A program made the translations under genes and the position numbers. Shown here piece after piece: positions 47,723-56,860 of a DNA stretch of 64,000 nt (the stretch's first letter is position 1; each line of letters begins with the position of its first letter). Under the pieces are notes generated by a model that made no database searches, had not been told where the DNA came from, and was given only the letters and a program-made list of their open reading frames with translations. Source of the stretch: an uncultured Lachnospiraceae bacterium (GTDB lineage: Bacteria > Bacillota > Clostridia > Lachnospirales > Lachnospiraceae); NCBI GenBank assembly GCA_946540235.1, contig CAMNID010000044.1:89389-153388 (forward strand), given 5' to 3'.

Positions 47723-48448
47723 ATGTTTTTACAAGAACTGACGGCAGAAAGCCTGCTGCGCCGCAAGAAAGACCTGCGGATCTACCGGGCTCCCGGCCAT
47801 AAGAACAACTGCATATGGAAATGCTGCTCCATGTCCCGGAAAGACATGGTGGAAGCCTTCCGGGACGAGTTTGAGACCATGTCTTTGGTGGAACATCCTT
47901 CTGTCCCGGCTTATTTTGGTCACTGGGACAACTGTGTCATCGGGGACTCGGACCAGCTCTGGTCTGTCCTCTGCATGGAAGAGTGTCCCGGATTCCCCTT
48001 AAAGGACCTGGTCCCCCATATGTCCAACCGGCTTATGCTCCGTATCTTAATGGAAACCGGCCGGCTTCTTTCCTTCCTGCTCGGGGAAGGCCTGGTCTAC
48101 ACGGACCTGAACCTGACCAACCTTCTTCTGGACTCTCAGGAAAAGGGCAGCCGGCTCTATCTGGTGGACTACACCTGCAGCTATTACTTCCTGCGGAACC
48201 CCAATCCCTCCTACTCTCTTTGTTTTTCCTACGATCTGTCTCCTGATCTTAAGGGCCAGCAGCTTCTGGTCCAGGAGCTGGCCTGTCTCTTTGAGGATAT
48301 GATCAGGGCCAGGGGGGACGAAAAAAAGGACAGCCGGATGCCTTCTTCCGTGCTGCCCCTCTACGAGACAGGAAAGAATCCTTCTCCCTCCCTGTCTCTC
48401 CAGGACTATATCTGCCAGATTGGTCACTGCCTCAACAGCCAGGAATAG
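47723..48448 (+). CDS. Atypical protein-kinase-fold protein on the opposite strand
   Basis: IWK (beta3 Lys), EFETMSLVEHPSVP, LCMEECPG, VYTDLNLTNLLL (HRDLKPEN-like, Asp and Asn kept) and LVDY; overlaps the PBP 3' end by 25 nt. Confidence 0.8.
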   Translation: MFLQELTAESLLRRKKDLRIYRAPGHKNNCIWKCCSMSRKDMVEAFRDEFETMSLVEHPSVPAYFGHWDNCVIGDSDQLWSVLCMEECPGFPLKDLVPHMSNRLMLRILMETGRLLSFLLGEGLVYTDLNLTNLLLDSQEKGSRLYLVDYTCSYYFLRNPNPSYSLCFSYDLSPDLKGQQLLVQELACLFEDMIRARGDEKKDSRMPSSVLPLYETGKNPSPSLSLQDYICQIGHCLNSQE

Positions 48449-49791
48449 AGTTCCTCTATGACAGGTGCCATACTTTTGCCAATCTTATCCGTTTTCAGCC
48501 GGCAGGCCACCACCACATATCTGGGGTCATCTGCCGGGGCGAAACTGACCATCCAGGCATTGTTGGTCCCGTCACCCCGCTGGGCAGTCCCGGTCTTGGC
48601 CGCAATCCGGTACTCTTTCTCACCAATCAGCGATAATTCATAGGCCTCCCCGGCCTTTGTCATTACATCTTTCAGCCGGTAGGCTATCATCTCGCTCATG
48701 GTCCGGCCCAGAAGCCGGGTCTGGCCTGTGTAGGTATCCTTTCCCTTTCCATTTGTTTTTTTCAAAATCATATAAGGCTCAAGCATCTCTCCGTCATTAG
48801 CCACACTCTGGGTGATCATGGCCATATGAAGAGGAGTAAGCATGGTCTCCCCCTGGCCGAAAGCCGTGGAAGCCAGAACATTGTCCTCTCCGCTTCCCAG
48901 ACTGAAGGAAGACCGGAGCATCGTGAAATCAAGCGGGATATCCTGACCCAGCAGAAAGCGCTTTGCCGTAGCTTCCAGGCTCTCTCCCCCCAGCTTGACT
49001 GCCCGGTCCATAAAGTAGACATTGGAGGACTTGATAAAAGCATCCTCAAAGGAGATCCGGCCGTAGGCCTTGCCGTTATAATTCCGTATGGTCTGGCCAT
49101 TGACCTTGTAGGATCCCTGGTCATCCACCTCCTCATCCTCTATGCCCGCCTCCAGGATCTCTGTGGAGGTAACCAGCTTAAAGACCGATCCCGGCACAAC
49201 CGGATTCTTGTAGGCGTTGGCCAGGAGGGCTCCTTCCGTGGCATTTATTATATCCCAGTCCTCTTCCAGCCTGCCGGCATCGTAGGACGGGGATGAAGCC
49301 AGGGCAAGGATCTGCCCGGTTTTGACGTCCAGGACCACCAGGCTGGCTTCCATTTTCCTGATGGCCTTGTAAGCCTTTTTCTGAAGGTCCAGATCAAGAG
49401 TCAGACTGATATCAGTCCCCCTCTTATTCTCCGTCAGAGAGGAACTGTGAACCAGTTCATCATTAAAAGTATCCTCCAGGCCATAAGTCCCGTAGATTTT
49501 GGACCAGTAACCTATGACCCCGGCAAAGGACCGGGGAGCCGTATAAGTCCTGGTCCCTCCTGCTTTATCTGAGAAAGCCAGGACATTCCCATTCCGGTCC
49601 AGGATACTCCCTCTTACGTATTCCTTTTCATAGGAGGCATTCCTGGCAGCTTTCTTTTTCTGGTCTGCTTCCTTTGACACCCCAGGCAGGACCGCAGAAA
49701 TCCGGACCAGGCTTACAATCATTAAAATGACACAAACCAGGGAAATGCTCTGCAGCAGCTGGGCCCTTTTAAGTAATGACATTTTCTTCAT
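48424..49791 (-). CDS. Class B penicillin-binding transpeptidase (PbpA-like)
   Basis: N-terminal TM, RGSILDRNG, PGSVFK (SxxK), SSN (SxN) and KTGT motifs, all intact. Confidence 0.92.
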   Translation of the reverse strand: MKKMSLLKRAQLLQSISLVCVILMIVSLVRISAVLPGVSKEADQKKKAARNASYEKEYVRGSILDRNGNVLAFSDKAGGTRTYTAPRSFAGVIGYWSKIYGTYGLEDTFNDELVHSSSLTENKRGTDISLTLDLDLQKKAYKAIRKMEASLVVLDVKTGQILALASSPSYDAGRLEEDWDIINATEGALLANAYKNPVVPGSVFKLVTSTEILEAGIEDEEVDDQGSYKVNGQTIRNYNGKAYGRISFEDAFIKSSNVYFMDRAVKLGGESLEATAKRFLLGQDIPLDFTMLRSSFSLGSGEDNVLASTAFGQGETMLTPLHMAMITQSVANDGEMLEPYMILKKTNGKGKDTYTGQTRLLGRTMSEMIAYRLKDVMTKAGEAYELSLIGEKEYRIAAKTGTAQRGDGTNNAWMVSFAPADDPRYVVVACRLKTDKIGKSMAPVIEELYSWLLRQ

Positions 49792-51173
49792 TCTTCCATC
49801 CCGCCTTTCCAGGGGATATTACCCGAGACGGCAATAATCAAAGCCGTCATGATAAAGCATACCAGAAGGGAGCTTCCTCCGCTGGATATGAAAGGAAGAG
49901 TAATTCCGGTCAAAGGACAGAGACCGGTGCTGCCGGCAATGATGATTAGGGCCTGGTAGAAGACCAGGGTTCCGAAGCCGGCAGCGATAATCTGATGGTA
50001 TCTCTGCTTTTTTCTGATAAATACCTTCATCTCCTCTAACCAGAGGAGATTAAAGACGATGAAAATCAAGAGGGCAAAAACCAGACCGCAGCGCTCAATC
50101 AGGGCCGGATAGACCAGGTCACTGCTTTTTACAGGCAGGTCCGTCACAGAGGAAGTGCCGAAAAAACCACCCAGCAAAATAGACTCCTTGGCCTTGAGCA
50201 GCTGGTAGCCCAGCCCGGCCGGGTCCTTTTCCGGATTGAGCCAGTAGATAAAACGGTTACTTATCTTTGAATAGGCATCCAGATAAAAGCGGACCAGGGC
50301 TCCTGTCCTGGCTCCGGATCCATCCAGCTGCATCTGGGTCAGCTTTCTTCCTATGGCAGCCAGTATGCCTCCCCCTGCCGTCAGGGCAAGAACCACCCCC
50401 AGCAGCCAGGAAAGGTCTGACACAAACAGGAGGTGGAGGGACAAAAAGACCAGCAGCAAAAGGAGCAGGGTCCCAAACTCCCCCTGAACCGCCAGCAGCA
50501 GCAGGGACAGAAAAGTATAGCCGTAAAAGAAGGCCAGGGTCCTCCTGTCCGTCTCCCGGTCCCGGCCAAGGATATAGGCACAGACCGGTATATATAATAA
50601 TTTGCTGATTTCCGTTGTCTGCAGGGAAATCCCTGCCAGGCTGATCCAGTTCTTCACGCCGCCTACCCCTTCTGAAAAGACCAGAGTCAGGAGAGACAGG
50701 CCCACGGCAAGGGCTGCCATCAGGACAGCCGTCTTCTTCCTGGCAATGAAGTCTGTGCAAAAATAAACAATACCTGCAGCCAGGGCCGCAGCCAGACTGA
50801 CCAGATACTGCAGTTCCAGGGAGGCTATACCAGTCCGGGCCGGATCCCTGGTCCCGGTTCTGATTACCAGTTCCTCAATGAAGATACACTGGAGCATGGT
50901 TCCCACCGTCAGCAGAATCAGACTGTAGACCAGGACCTTCCTGTTGCCGTGGGCAACTGAGGTAAAGAGCCAGCCGGCCAGACTGATGAGCAAAAGCAGG
51001 GGCAGCAGATTCAGATAAATCCTGCCAGCTCCCTTTGCCCCCATAAAAAGGAGGGCTGCGATCTGCATCAGGATCACAGCCATAAGAGGTCCGGTCCAGA
51101 AGGAATAAAAGGCTCTGTGTATCTCCCACCGGATCCGGGTCATGCTAATAGTATGTTCTTGTTTTTCCCTCAT
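49788..51173 (-). CDS. FtsW/RodA/SpoVE (SEDS) peptidoglycan glycosyltransferase
   Basis: Multi-TM; KNWISLAGISLQTTEISK, GYQ, LPVKSSDL (catalytic Asp position) and PLTGITLPFISSGGSS motifs. Confidence 0.9.
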   Translation of the reverse strand: MREKQEHTISMTRIRWEIHRAFYSFWTGPLMAVILMQIAALLFMGAKGAGRIYLNLLPLLLLISLAGWLFTSVAHGNRKVLVYSLILLTVGTMLQCIFIEELVIRTGTRDPARTGIASLELQYLVSLAAALAAGIVYFCTDFIARKKTAVLMAALAVGLSLLTLVFSEGVGGVKNWISLAGISLQTTEISKLLYIPVCAYILGRDRETDRRTLAFFYGYTFLSLLLLAVQGEFGTLLLLLLVFLSLHLLFVSDLSWLLGVVLALTAGGGILAAIGRKLTQMQLDGSGARTGALVRFYLDAYSKISNRFIYWLNPEKDPAGLGYQLLKAKESILLGGFFGTSSVTDLPVKSSDLVYPALIERCGLVFALLIFIVFNLLWLEEMKVFIRKKQRYHQIIAAGFGTLVFYQALIIIAGSTGLCPLTGITLPFISSGGSSLLVCFIMTALIIAVSGNIPWKGGMEE

Positions 51174-51841
51174 CTTTTCATCTCCACCAGCATTTCTATG
51201 TTTCCAATGAAAAAACGCACTCCTGCCTCCAGGGGCAGCTGGTCATGCAGCTTACCGCCGGAAAATATCTTATTCTTGGTTCCCAGGTCCACAGCCACAT
51301 ACCTGTCCCCGGATCTTTCTATGGACACATGCTTTCTGGAAACACACAGGTCATCAAGAACCAGGTCATTATCATTGCTCCTGCCAATGCGGAAGGGAAT
51401 ATGGTCTACGGGGATGCGTCTGAGAATCCGCTTGTTTTCATCGAGCTCCAGCAAAAGCAAAGCGGGCCGGGACTCTTTCTGGTCCGGGAACCGGCGGGGC
51501 TGCTTCTGGCTGCCGGGATCTGCCTTTTGGTCCCGGACCGGGCCAGGCTGCTTTTGCCTGCCATCCCCTTCTTTCTTCCCCCGGCCCCGGTAGTCAGCTT
51601 CAAAAGCTGCCTGCTCCTGCCGGGCTTCTTCCATTTTCTTAAGTTCTTCTTCCCGGGCCTTTCTCAAGCGCCGCTTTTCTTCCAGTTTCTCTTCCCGCTC
51701 GGCCCATTCATCGACGAAATGCTCTCCCTCCTCCTGGGCTCTTGCCAGGTCATTATTGGCCCGGAAGAGAATAAAGATGATAAAAGCAATCAGAAGAATC
51801 ACGGCCGCCGCCGAAAGCAGGGTCATCCATTCAACAGCCAT
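51170..51841 (-). CDS. Membrane-anchored FHA-domain protein (FhaB-like)
   Basis: N-terminal TM, charged coil, and FRIGRS...VSRKH...DLGTKN pThr-binding motifs. Confidence 0.9.
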   Translation of the reverse strand: MAVEWMTLLSAAAVILLIAFIIFILFRANNDLARAQEEGEHFVDEWAEREEKLEEKRRLRKAREEELKKMEEARQEQAAFEADYRGRGKKEGDGRQKQPGPVRDQKADPGSQKQPRRFPDQKESRPALLLLELDENKRILRRIPVDHIPFRIGRSNDNDLVLDDLCVSRKHVSIERSGDRYVAVDLGTKNKIFSGGKLHDQLPLEAGVRFFIGNIEMLVEMKR

Positions 51842-53387
51842 GCAGTGAAATCACCCCATTCATAAGATCTGTTAAGGTAACTTGTTTTTTCTCTTCCTCG
51901 TTCCAGACCTTGACCAGCTGATCCATAAACAGGTCGCCGGTAAGGCCCTGTCTGTCCAGCTCCTCCTTCATCTGGTCCAGCATATCCTCCCATTTATCCC
52001 TGATAAAGCAATGGCCCGTCCACAGGGAAAAAAGCAGGGTGCTGTAAAAATACACATCATTGAACTGGAAATTATTGGATAGTCTTCCCGGTTTTCTCTC
52101 AAAACAGTAATCCTCAAACTTCTCCAGCTCTAAGGCGTCAGCCTCCTTGTTTTTATCAACGCAGAGTATGGGCAGGGAATCAAAGGCAGGAATATCTGCC
52201 AGGCCGGTCACCTGCTGGCTGCAGGCCACCGCGTTGTTGCGGAAGGATATACTCTTTTTACACCGGTTCACTTCCTCAAAGAGCACCCGGTCTACCACCG
52301 TATACCTGCAGTAACCATGTTTTTCATAGCCGTAATCATGGTCCTTGCGGCAGGCCCGGAGCTGGGCTCCCAGGCAGAGGGAAAACCAGCGTTTCTGACT
52401 GACGGAAAGCTCATAGGCCGCATGGTATTTCCTGCAGATATCCTCATCCATCTCATAGCCCTTTTTCCGCAGGCTGCCGGCAGCTGACTCGATCATCTGC
52501 CAGATCTGCTGGCTGTTGGCCGCCGAGTCAGACTTGTATTTGGCCACCATCTCTATGATGACCTCTGCGGGCGTTATGCCAAGAGGCTCCATCTGGGCCT
52601 TGGCCAGCAGCTTCTCAATAGACTCATAGGAGGGCTGGAGGGCTATCATAAAACGTAGCAGCCAGTCTCTGGTCACCACCGCCTTGCCGGCCTTGATCTT
52701 GGAGAACTGGGCCTCATAATGACCCAGTCCGATATCCCGGAGAAACCAGGATGCCTTGTCATAATAACCATATTCCTCCTCGATCACCTCAGCCAGGCAC
52801 TGGCCGAACTGGCGGTTGCCTGCCCGGAATTCCTCCCGGTAGGACCGGATCAGCTGGAAGAAATCTTCCAGGCTGCCCGCCTCTGACAGCAGAATCCAGA
52901 GGTCTGTAGTGGCCAGACTTCTGGCCTCATCCTCAGACTCCTCCGCAAGGATCTGCTCCACCTGACCCCGGATCTGGTCCATGCGGGAAATGTCAAAAAG
53001 GCCGTTAATGAGGGCAATCCAGAGGGCATCATCGATATTTTTGCAGTAGAGCCCATAGCCCATATAGGTCTCCAGGAGGACATGGTTGATCTCCTCGAGG
53101 GACATCTGAAAGGCCAGACCCAGGGTGACATAGATATCCCTGGAGGAGGGCAGGGCCCCCCGCAGCCAGGTCCCTATGGCCTGCCTTGTCACAGGCTGGT
53201 AGGGATTGCCCTGGTCTTTCCGTTTCTCAGACCTGTGATATACTTTTTTAGCCAGAGCCGTATTACTGTAATCAAATACATCCATTTTCTCTTCAAGAAA
53301 ACGGGCAAAAGGAATCTTGTTCTTCTGCCCCCTGGCCAGGGCTTCTTCAATCTGTCCGAGAAAATCTTCTGAATTATTCCAAATCAT
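51831..53387 (-). CDS. Putative DNA-binding protein with two Cro/C1-like HTH repeats
   Basis: VTRQAIGTWLRGALPSSRDIYVTLGLAFQMSLEEINHVL and AQFSKIKAGKAVVTRDWLLRFMIALQPSYESIEKLL. Confidence 0.6.
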   Translation of the reverse strand: MIWNNSEDFLGQIEEALARGQKNKIPFARFLEEKMDVFDYSNTALAKKVYHRSEKRKDQGNPYQPVTRQAIGTWLRGALPSSRDIYVTLGLAFQMSLEEINHVLLETYMGYGLYCKNIDDALWIALINGLFDISRMDQIRGQVEQILAEESEDEARSLATTDLWILLSEAGSLEDFFQLIRSYREEFRAGNRQFGQCLAEVIEEEYGYYDKASWFLRDIGLGHYEAQFSKIKAGKAVVTRDWLLRFMIALQPSYESIEKLLAKAQMEPLGITPAEVIIEMVAKYKSDSAANSQQIWQMIESAAGSLRKKGYEMDEDICRKYHAAYELSVSQKRWFSLCLGAQLRACRKDHDYGYEKHGYCRYTVVDRVLFEEVNRCKKSISFRNNAVACSQQVTGLADIPAFDSLPILCVDKNKEADALELEKFEDYCFERKPGRLSNNFQFNDVYFYSTLLFSLWTGHCFIRDKWEDMLDQMKEELDRQGLTGDLFMDQLVKVWNEEEKKQVTLTDLMNGVISLHGC

Positions 53388-53390
53388 TAC

Positions 53391-55418
53391 TTATCTATCC
53401 TTTCTGACGATCCGGAAGATCGTAATCAGCTGTGACAGCAGTGTCATTATACCCATAAACAGGAAAAAGAAAAGGCGGATTTTCTGGGAGGGCAGCAACC
53501 AGGCCGCCTGGGAGACGACAAATCCTTCCACCAGATTAAGACCAAGGACCATCCAGACAGGGAAGGTCTGGTTCTTCTCCAGAAGTTCCCGCTGGTAATT
53601 CGCCATAAGGATGGTCCATACTCCCGCCATACCGAGGGCGATCTTCCAATGACCGATCTTGATGGAGTAGAGGGAGAGAAACATCATACAGGCTGTCAGA
53701 AAGCCCTGGGGCAGGCTGCCCAGCAGAAAGGTCAGATAATGTTCCGCCTCCTGGTCTGTCTCCTCTTTGCTGAGACTCCTGGTCACAGCCACTAAACTGG
53801 CCCCTTTTCCTGCCTTCTCCATAGCCGGCCTTTCCTCCGGATCTGTTCTCCCGGTCATCTGCTCCTCTTTTCCGGTCTCCGCCATGGTCCTGCCGGCCCC
53901 GGCCTCTTCTTTCCTTTCGTCCATTTCACTGACTCCCGTTTTTTCAAAACTCTTTTCTTTCCCGGCCCCCAAATCTTCCCTTCCGCGCCGGTCCTCATCC
54001 AAAGGCCTTCCGGCCGGTCCTGTCTGACTTTGGTCCTTCCTTTCACTTGCAGCCAGGTCAGGCCGCCCTGGCCTCTCCAGGGCCAGAATCCAGGGATGGT
54101 CCTCCACAGAAGCAGAACTCTGTTCTTCCCCGGCCGGGTCTGTCAGGGCTCTGTAAATCTCCTTATGGCCCTTCTGCAGCTCCTTAAGTTCCTGTTGGCC
54201 TGCACCGGGATCCAGGGCCTTGATCATGTCCATAACCCTGGTCATCTCCGGCAGCATATCCTCCCGGGTCCGGCTGGTCATCCCGCCGGTCAGGTCTTTA
54301 AAATATCCGCGTAATTCCACCAGGGACAGCCGCAGCCCCCTCACCTGGCCCATGACAAATTGCAGCAGAGAGGCATCAATAAGACCGCCTGCCTTCCAGT
54401 AACACAGCTGGGGTACCGCATGGATCAGAATCTCATCCGGCAGCCGGTCTCCTCCCTCTTTGCAAAAATACTCATAGAAAATCCATGGCAGGGCAGCCAT
54501 GAAATCGGCAGAGGACTCCATCCTGTCATCGGTCATTTTTTCATCGACCAGACTGATAAAACGATCGTAGGCCTCATCCTCATGGTGGTCAAGCAATTCC
54601 GCCAGATGGAAACACATGTACCGCCAGGGACTGTCCCAGTCCCCCTCTCCGGAAGTAAATGACCGGCCAGCACCGGCCGGGGCGGTCCTTCCTTCTCCGC
54701 CTTCCCGGCTGCCAGGCAGGAAAAAGGCCCGTTCCAGGCCCTCATCCGTCTTTCCCGCCGGCCTGAAGTAGAAGGGGACATTGTCCCTGCCTGTCCTGGA
54801 AAAGGACAGGTAGCCGGCATACTGTCTGGCCTTCCTGGGCAGGAGCAGGTGGACTGCCAGCATAAGCTCCGCTCCCCGGATCCCATATTGGTCTTCCTCC
54901 CAGCCCCTGACGGCAAAACACCCGGCTTTGTTCTGGCCGATACAGGAAAATACCAGATCGAGGAAATCAGCCAGGGACCGGCCCTGCAGCTGGTATCTGC
55001 CAAGAAGCTCCTCCCGGCCAAGTCCCAGAGGCTTTACTTCCAGGGGAGCCAGACCCTTTCCCAGAGAATGGGGCCACTGGCTGTGGGGTGCCAGGTAAAC
55101 TTCCGGTCCACACTCTTTGTCCAGGCAATGGTACAGTCTTACCCGGACATTTTTCCTATGGTCTTTCCCCGGCCGGGCCGGCTCTGAAACCATTTTGACA
55201 AAACCAAGGCTCCCCTCGTACATTAACTCCTCAACGGGGACCCTTCCCCTGCTGTCCACACAGGCAGAAGCTGCCAGCTTCTCGAGCCGGTTCAGCAGGT
55301 CCCGGTCACCGGTTCTGGAAGAAGCCTTGATCCCCCAGCCTACCGGACTGCCTCCTATACCCTGGTCGGACCAGGTATACTCATGGCAGTCGAACTGGTA
55401 TGTCTGTGCTTCTCTCAT
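53391..55418 (-). CDS. GTPase-associated protein (GAP1-N2-like N-terminus) with C-terminal multi-TM anchor
   Basis: N-terminal EYTWSDQGIGGSPVGWGIKASS resembles the GAP1-N2 start as recalled. ATGA-coupled to the GTPase gene; acidic linker; about four C-terminal TMs. Confidence 0.55.
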   Translation of the reverse strand: MREAQTYQFDCHEYTWSDQGIGGSPVGWGIKASSRTGDRDLLNRLEKLAASACVDSRGRVPVEELMYEGSLGFVKMVSEPARPGKDHRKNVRVRLYHCLDKECGPEVYLAPHSQWPHSLGKGLAPLEVKPLGLGREELLGRYQLQGRSLADFLDLVFSCIGQNKAGCFAVRGWEEDQYGIRGAELMLAVHLLLPRKARQYAGYLSFSRTGRDNVPFYFRPAGKTDEGLERAFFLPGSREGGEGRTAPAGAGRSFTSGEGDWDSPWRYMCFHLAELLDHHEDEAYDRFISLVDEKMTDDRMESSADFMAALPWIFYEYFCKEGGDRLPDEILIHAVPQLCYWKAGGLIDASLLQFVMGQVRGLRLSLVELRGYFKDLTGGMTSRTREDMLPEMTRVMDMIKALDPGAGQQELKELQKGHKEIYRALTDPAGEEQSSASVEDHPWILALERPGRPDLAASERKDQSQTGPAGRPLDEDRRGREDLGAGKEKSFEKTGVSEMDERKEEAGAGRTMAETGKEEQMTGRTDPEERPAMEKAGKGASLVAVTRSLSKEETDQEAEHYLTFLLGSLPQGFLTACMMFLSLYSIKIGHWKIALGMAGVWTILMANYQRELLEKNQTFPVWMVLGLNLVEGFVVSQAAWLLPSQKIRLFFFLFMGIMTLLSQLITIFRIVRKDR

Positions 55419-56860
55419 TGAAGCCACCCTCTTTCCTGCATGTACTTCATGAGGATCCACATGAAGGGCTCCTCAACCCGGATCGGCCGCACTTTGCCTA
55501 CGGCCCGTATAAGCTGCTGGTCTCCGGAAGTCTGCTCCTCTGTCTCACAACCCAGGGCCGAGACTGCAAAGAGACTGGCAGCCTTATAATCGTTAAGCTT
55601 TCTCTGAAGCCGGAATACTTTCTGGTCAAAAATCTTGCGCAAAACCTGCTGTCTCAGGAAATGTCTGTCCATATCCATGAAACCGCAGGCCACCTGGCCT
55701 CTTTCAAATAGCAGGCTGCTGCCCTTGTATTCCAGGATTTCTCCCAGACCTTCCAGCAGGTCGCTTTTCCCTATGGTCAGGGCTATATATTTCTCTGACA
55801 GCAGCTTCTCCCCCAGGGTGGACCTGAGGGCATCGAGAACTGTATCAATCTTACGTTCATAAAAAAATTCATCCCTGGACGTCTGCTCCAGCAGATAATC
55901 CGATCCTCCAAAAACCTGTTTTTCGTTCTCATTGCTCAGCCTCTGGATGGACATCTGCTCCTCGAGGGTCATCAGATGGAGCCGGCGGAGCACCTGGTCT
56001 TCATCAGGCATCTGCCTGCTGAACAGGGCATGATTGAGATGCATCTGGGCCGGGTCCACCAGACAGATAAAGCCATCCATATGACGGACAAAACCCGTCC
56101 GGCCCATGCCCGTACTCTCCCTGATCAACTCGCCGGCCACATCATAGACGGCGACCAGCAGGAATATGGATGAGTCAGGCAGCCGGTAATTCAATTCCAT
56201 AAAAACCGGTTTACGGAAAATCTTGCTTGTGCCTGCCGGACATATACCATCCACAAAAAGCCTGTCCGCATTTTTTTCCATCTCCAGCCGCTCCGGGTCG
56301 GATGGATTGCCGGCGGCGCTCCTCACGGTCAGATTATCCCGCTGCATGACATCGTAATCATTCATCATGAGAGAGCACAGATAAACGGTCTTCCCGGAGG
56401 CCACACTGCCTGCCAGTCCCACCATGAGCATCTCATAGCGGAAAAAATTCTGGGGCAGTTCATTGTGACAATAGGGGCAGACCATGGTGTTGGAAAAGAG
56501 GGTGACGGCTCCCTCCTCGACAAGGAAGGTATAGCCGCAGCTGGCCTCGTCATACTGCTTTCTGGCCAGATCAGCCCCAGAGGAACTGAGCTCCTGGTTG
56601 AGGACTGTCAGGGCCTGGTTGTCAATAATACACCTCCGCCCGTCTATGCGGTCCTCCGGCACCCCCATGGCATTCCAGAAATAGATGTAGGGAAGGTCGG
56701 GCCTGACCGCAGCGAACTCATTGAGGGCCGGCGACTGGAAACGGGCCCCCTCAGTCTTCAGTAGAAATCCTACCTGGCTGTTGGAGACTTCCCGGAAGCA
56801 ATATGGACATTTTCTTTTAATATTACGAATTTTTGTCTCCTGCATCAAAGCCTCCGTCAC
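55415..56860 (-). CDS. TRAFAC-class GTPase with split Zn ribbon (double-GTPase-2-like)
   Basis: CPYC...CPYC; G1 GSVASGKT, G2-like GT, G3 DVAG, G4 GKSD, G5 SAL. Confidence 0.85.
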   Translation of the reverse strand: MTEALMQETKIRNIKRKCPYCFREVSNSQVGFLLKTEGARFQSPALNEFAAVRPDLPYIYFWNAMGVPEDRIDGRRCIIDNQALTVLNQELSSSGADLARKQYDEASCGYTFLVEEGAVTLFSNTMVCPYCHNELPQNFFRYEMLMVGLAGSVASGKTVYLCSLMMNDYDVMQRDNLTVRSAAGNPSDPERLEMEKNADRLFVDGICPAGTSKIFRKPVFMELNYRLPDSSIFLLVAVYDVAGELIRESTGMGRTGFVRHMDGFICLVDPAQMHLNHALFSRQMPDEDQVLRRLHLMTLEEQMSIQRLSNENEKQVFGGSDYLLEQTSRDEFFYERKIDTVLDALRSTLGEKLLSEKYIALTIGKSDLLEGLGEILEYKGSSLLFERGQVACGFMDMDRHFLRQQVLRKIFDQKVFRLQRKLNDYKAASLFAVSALGCETEEQTSGDQQLIRAVGKVRPIRVEEPFMWILMKYMQERGWLQ

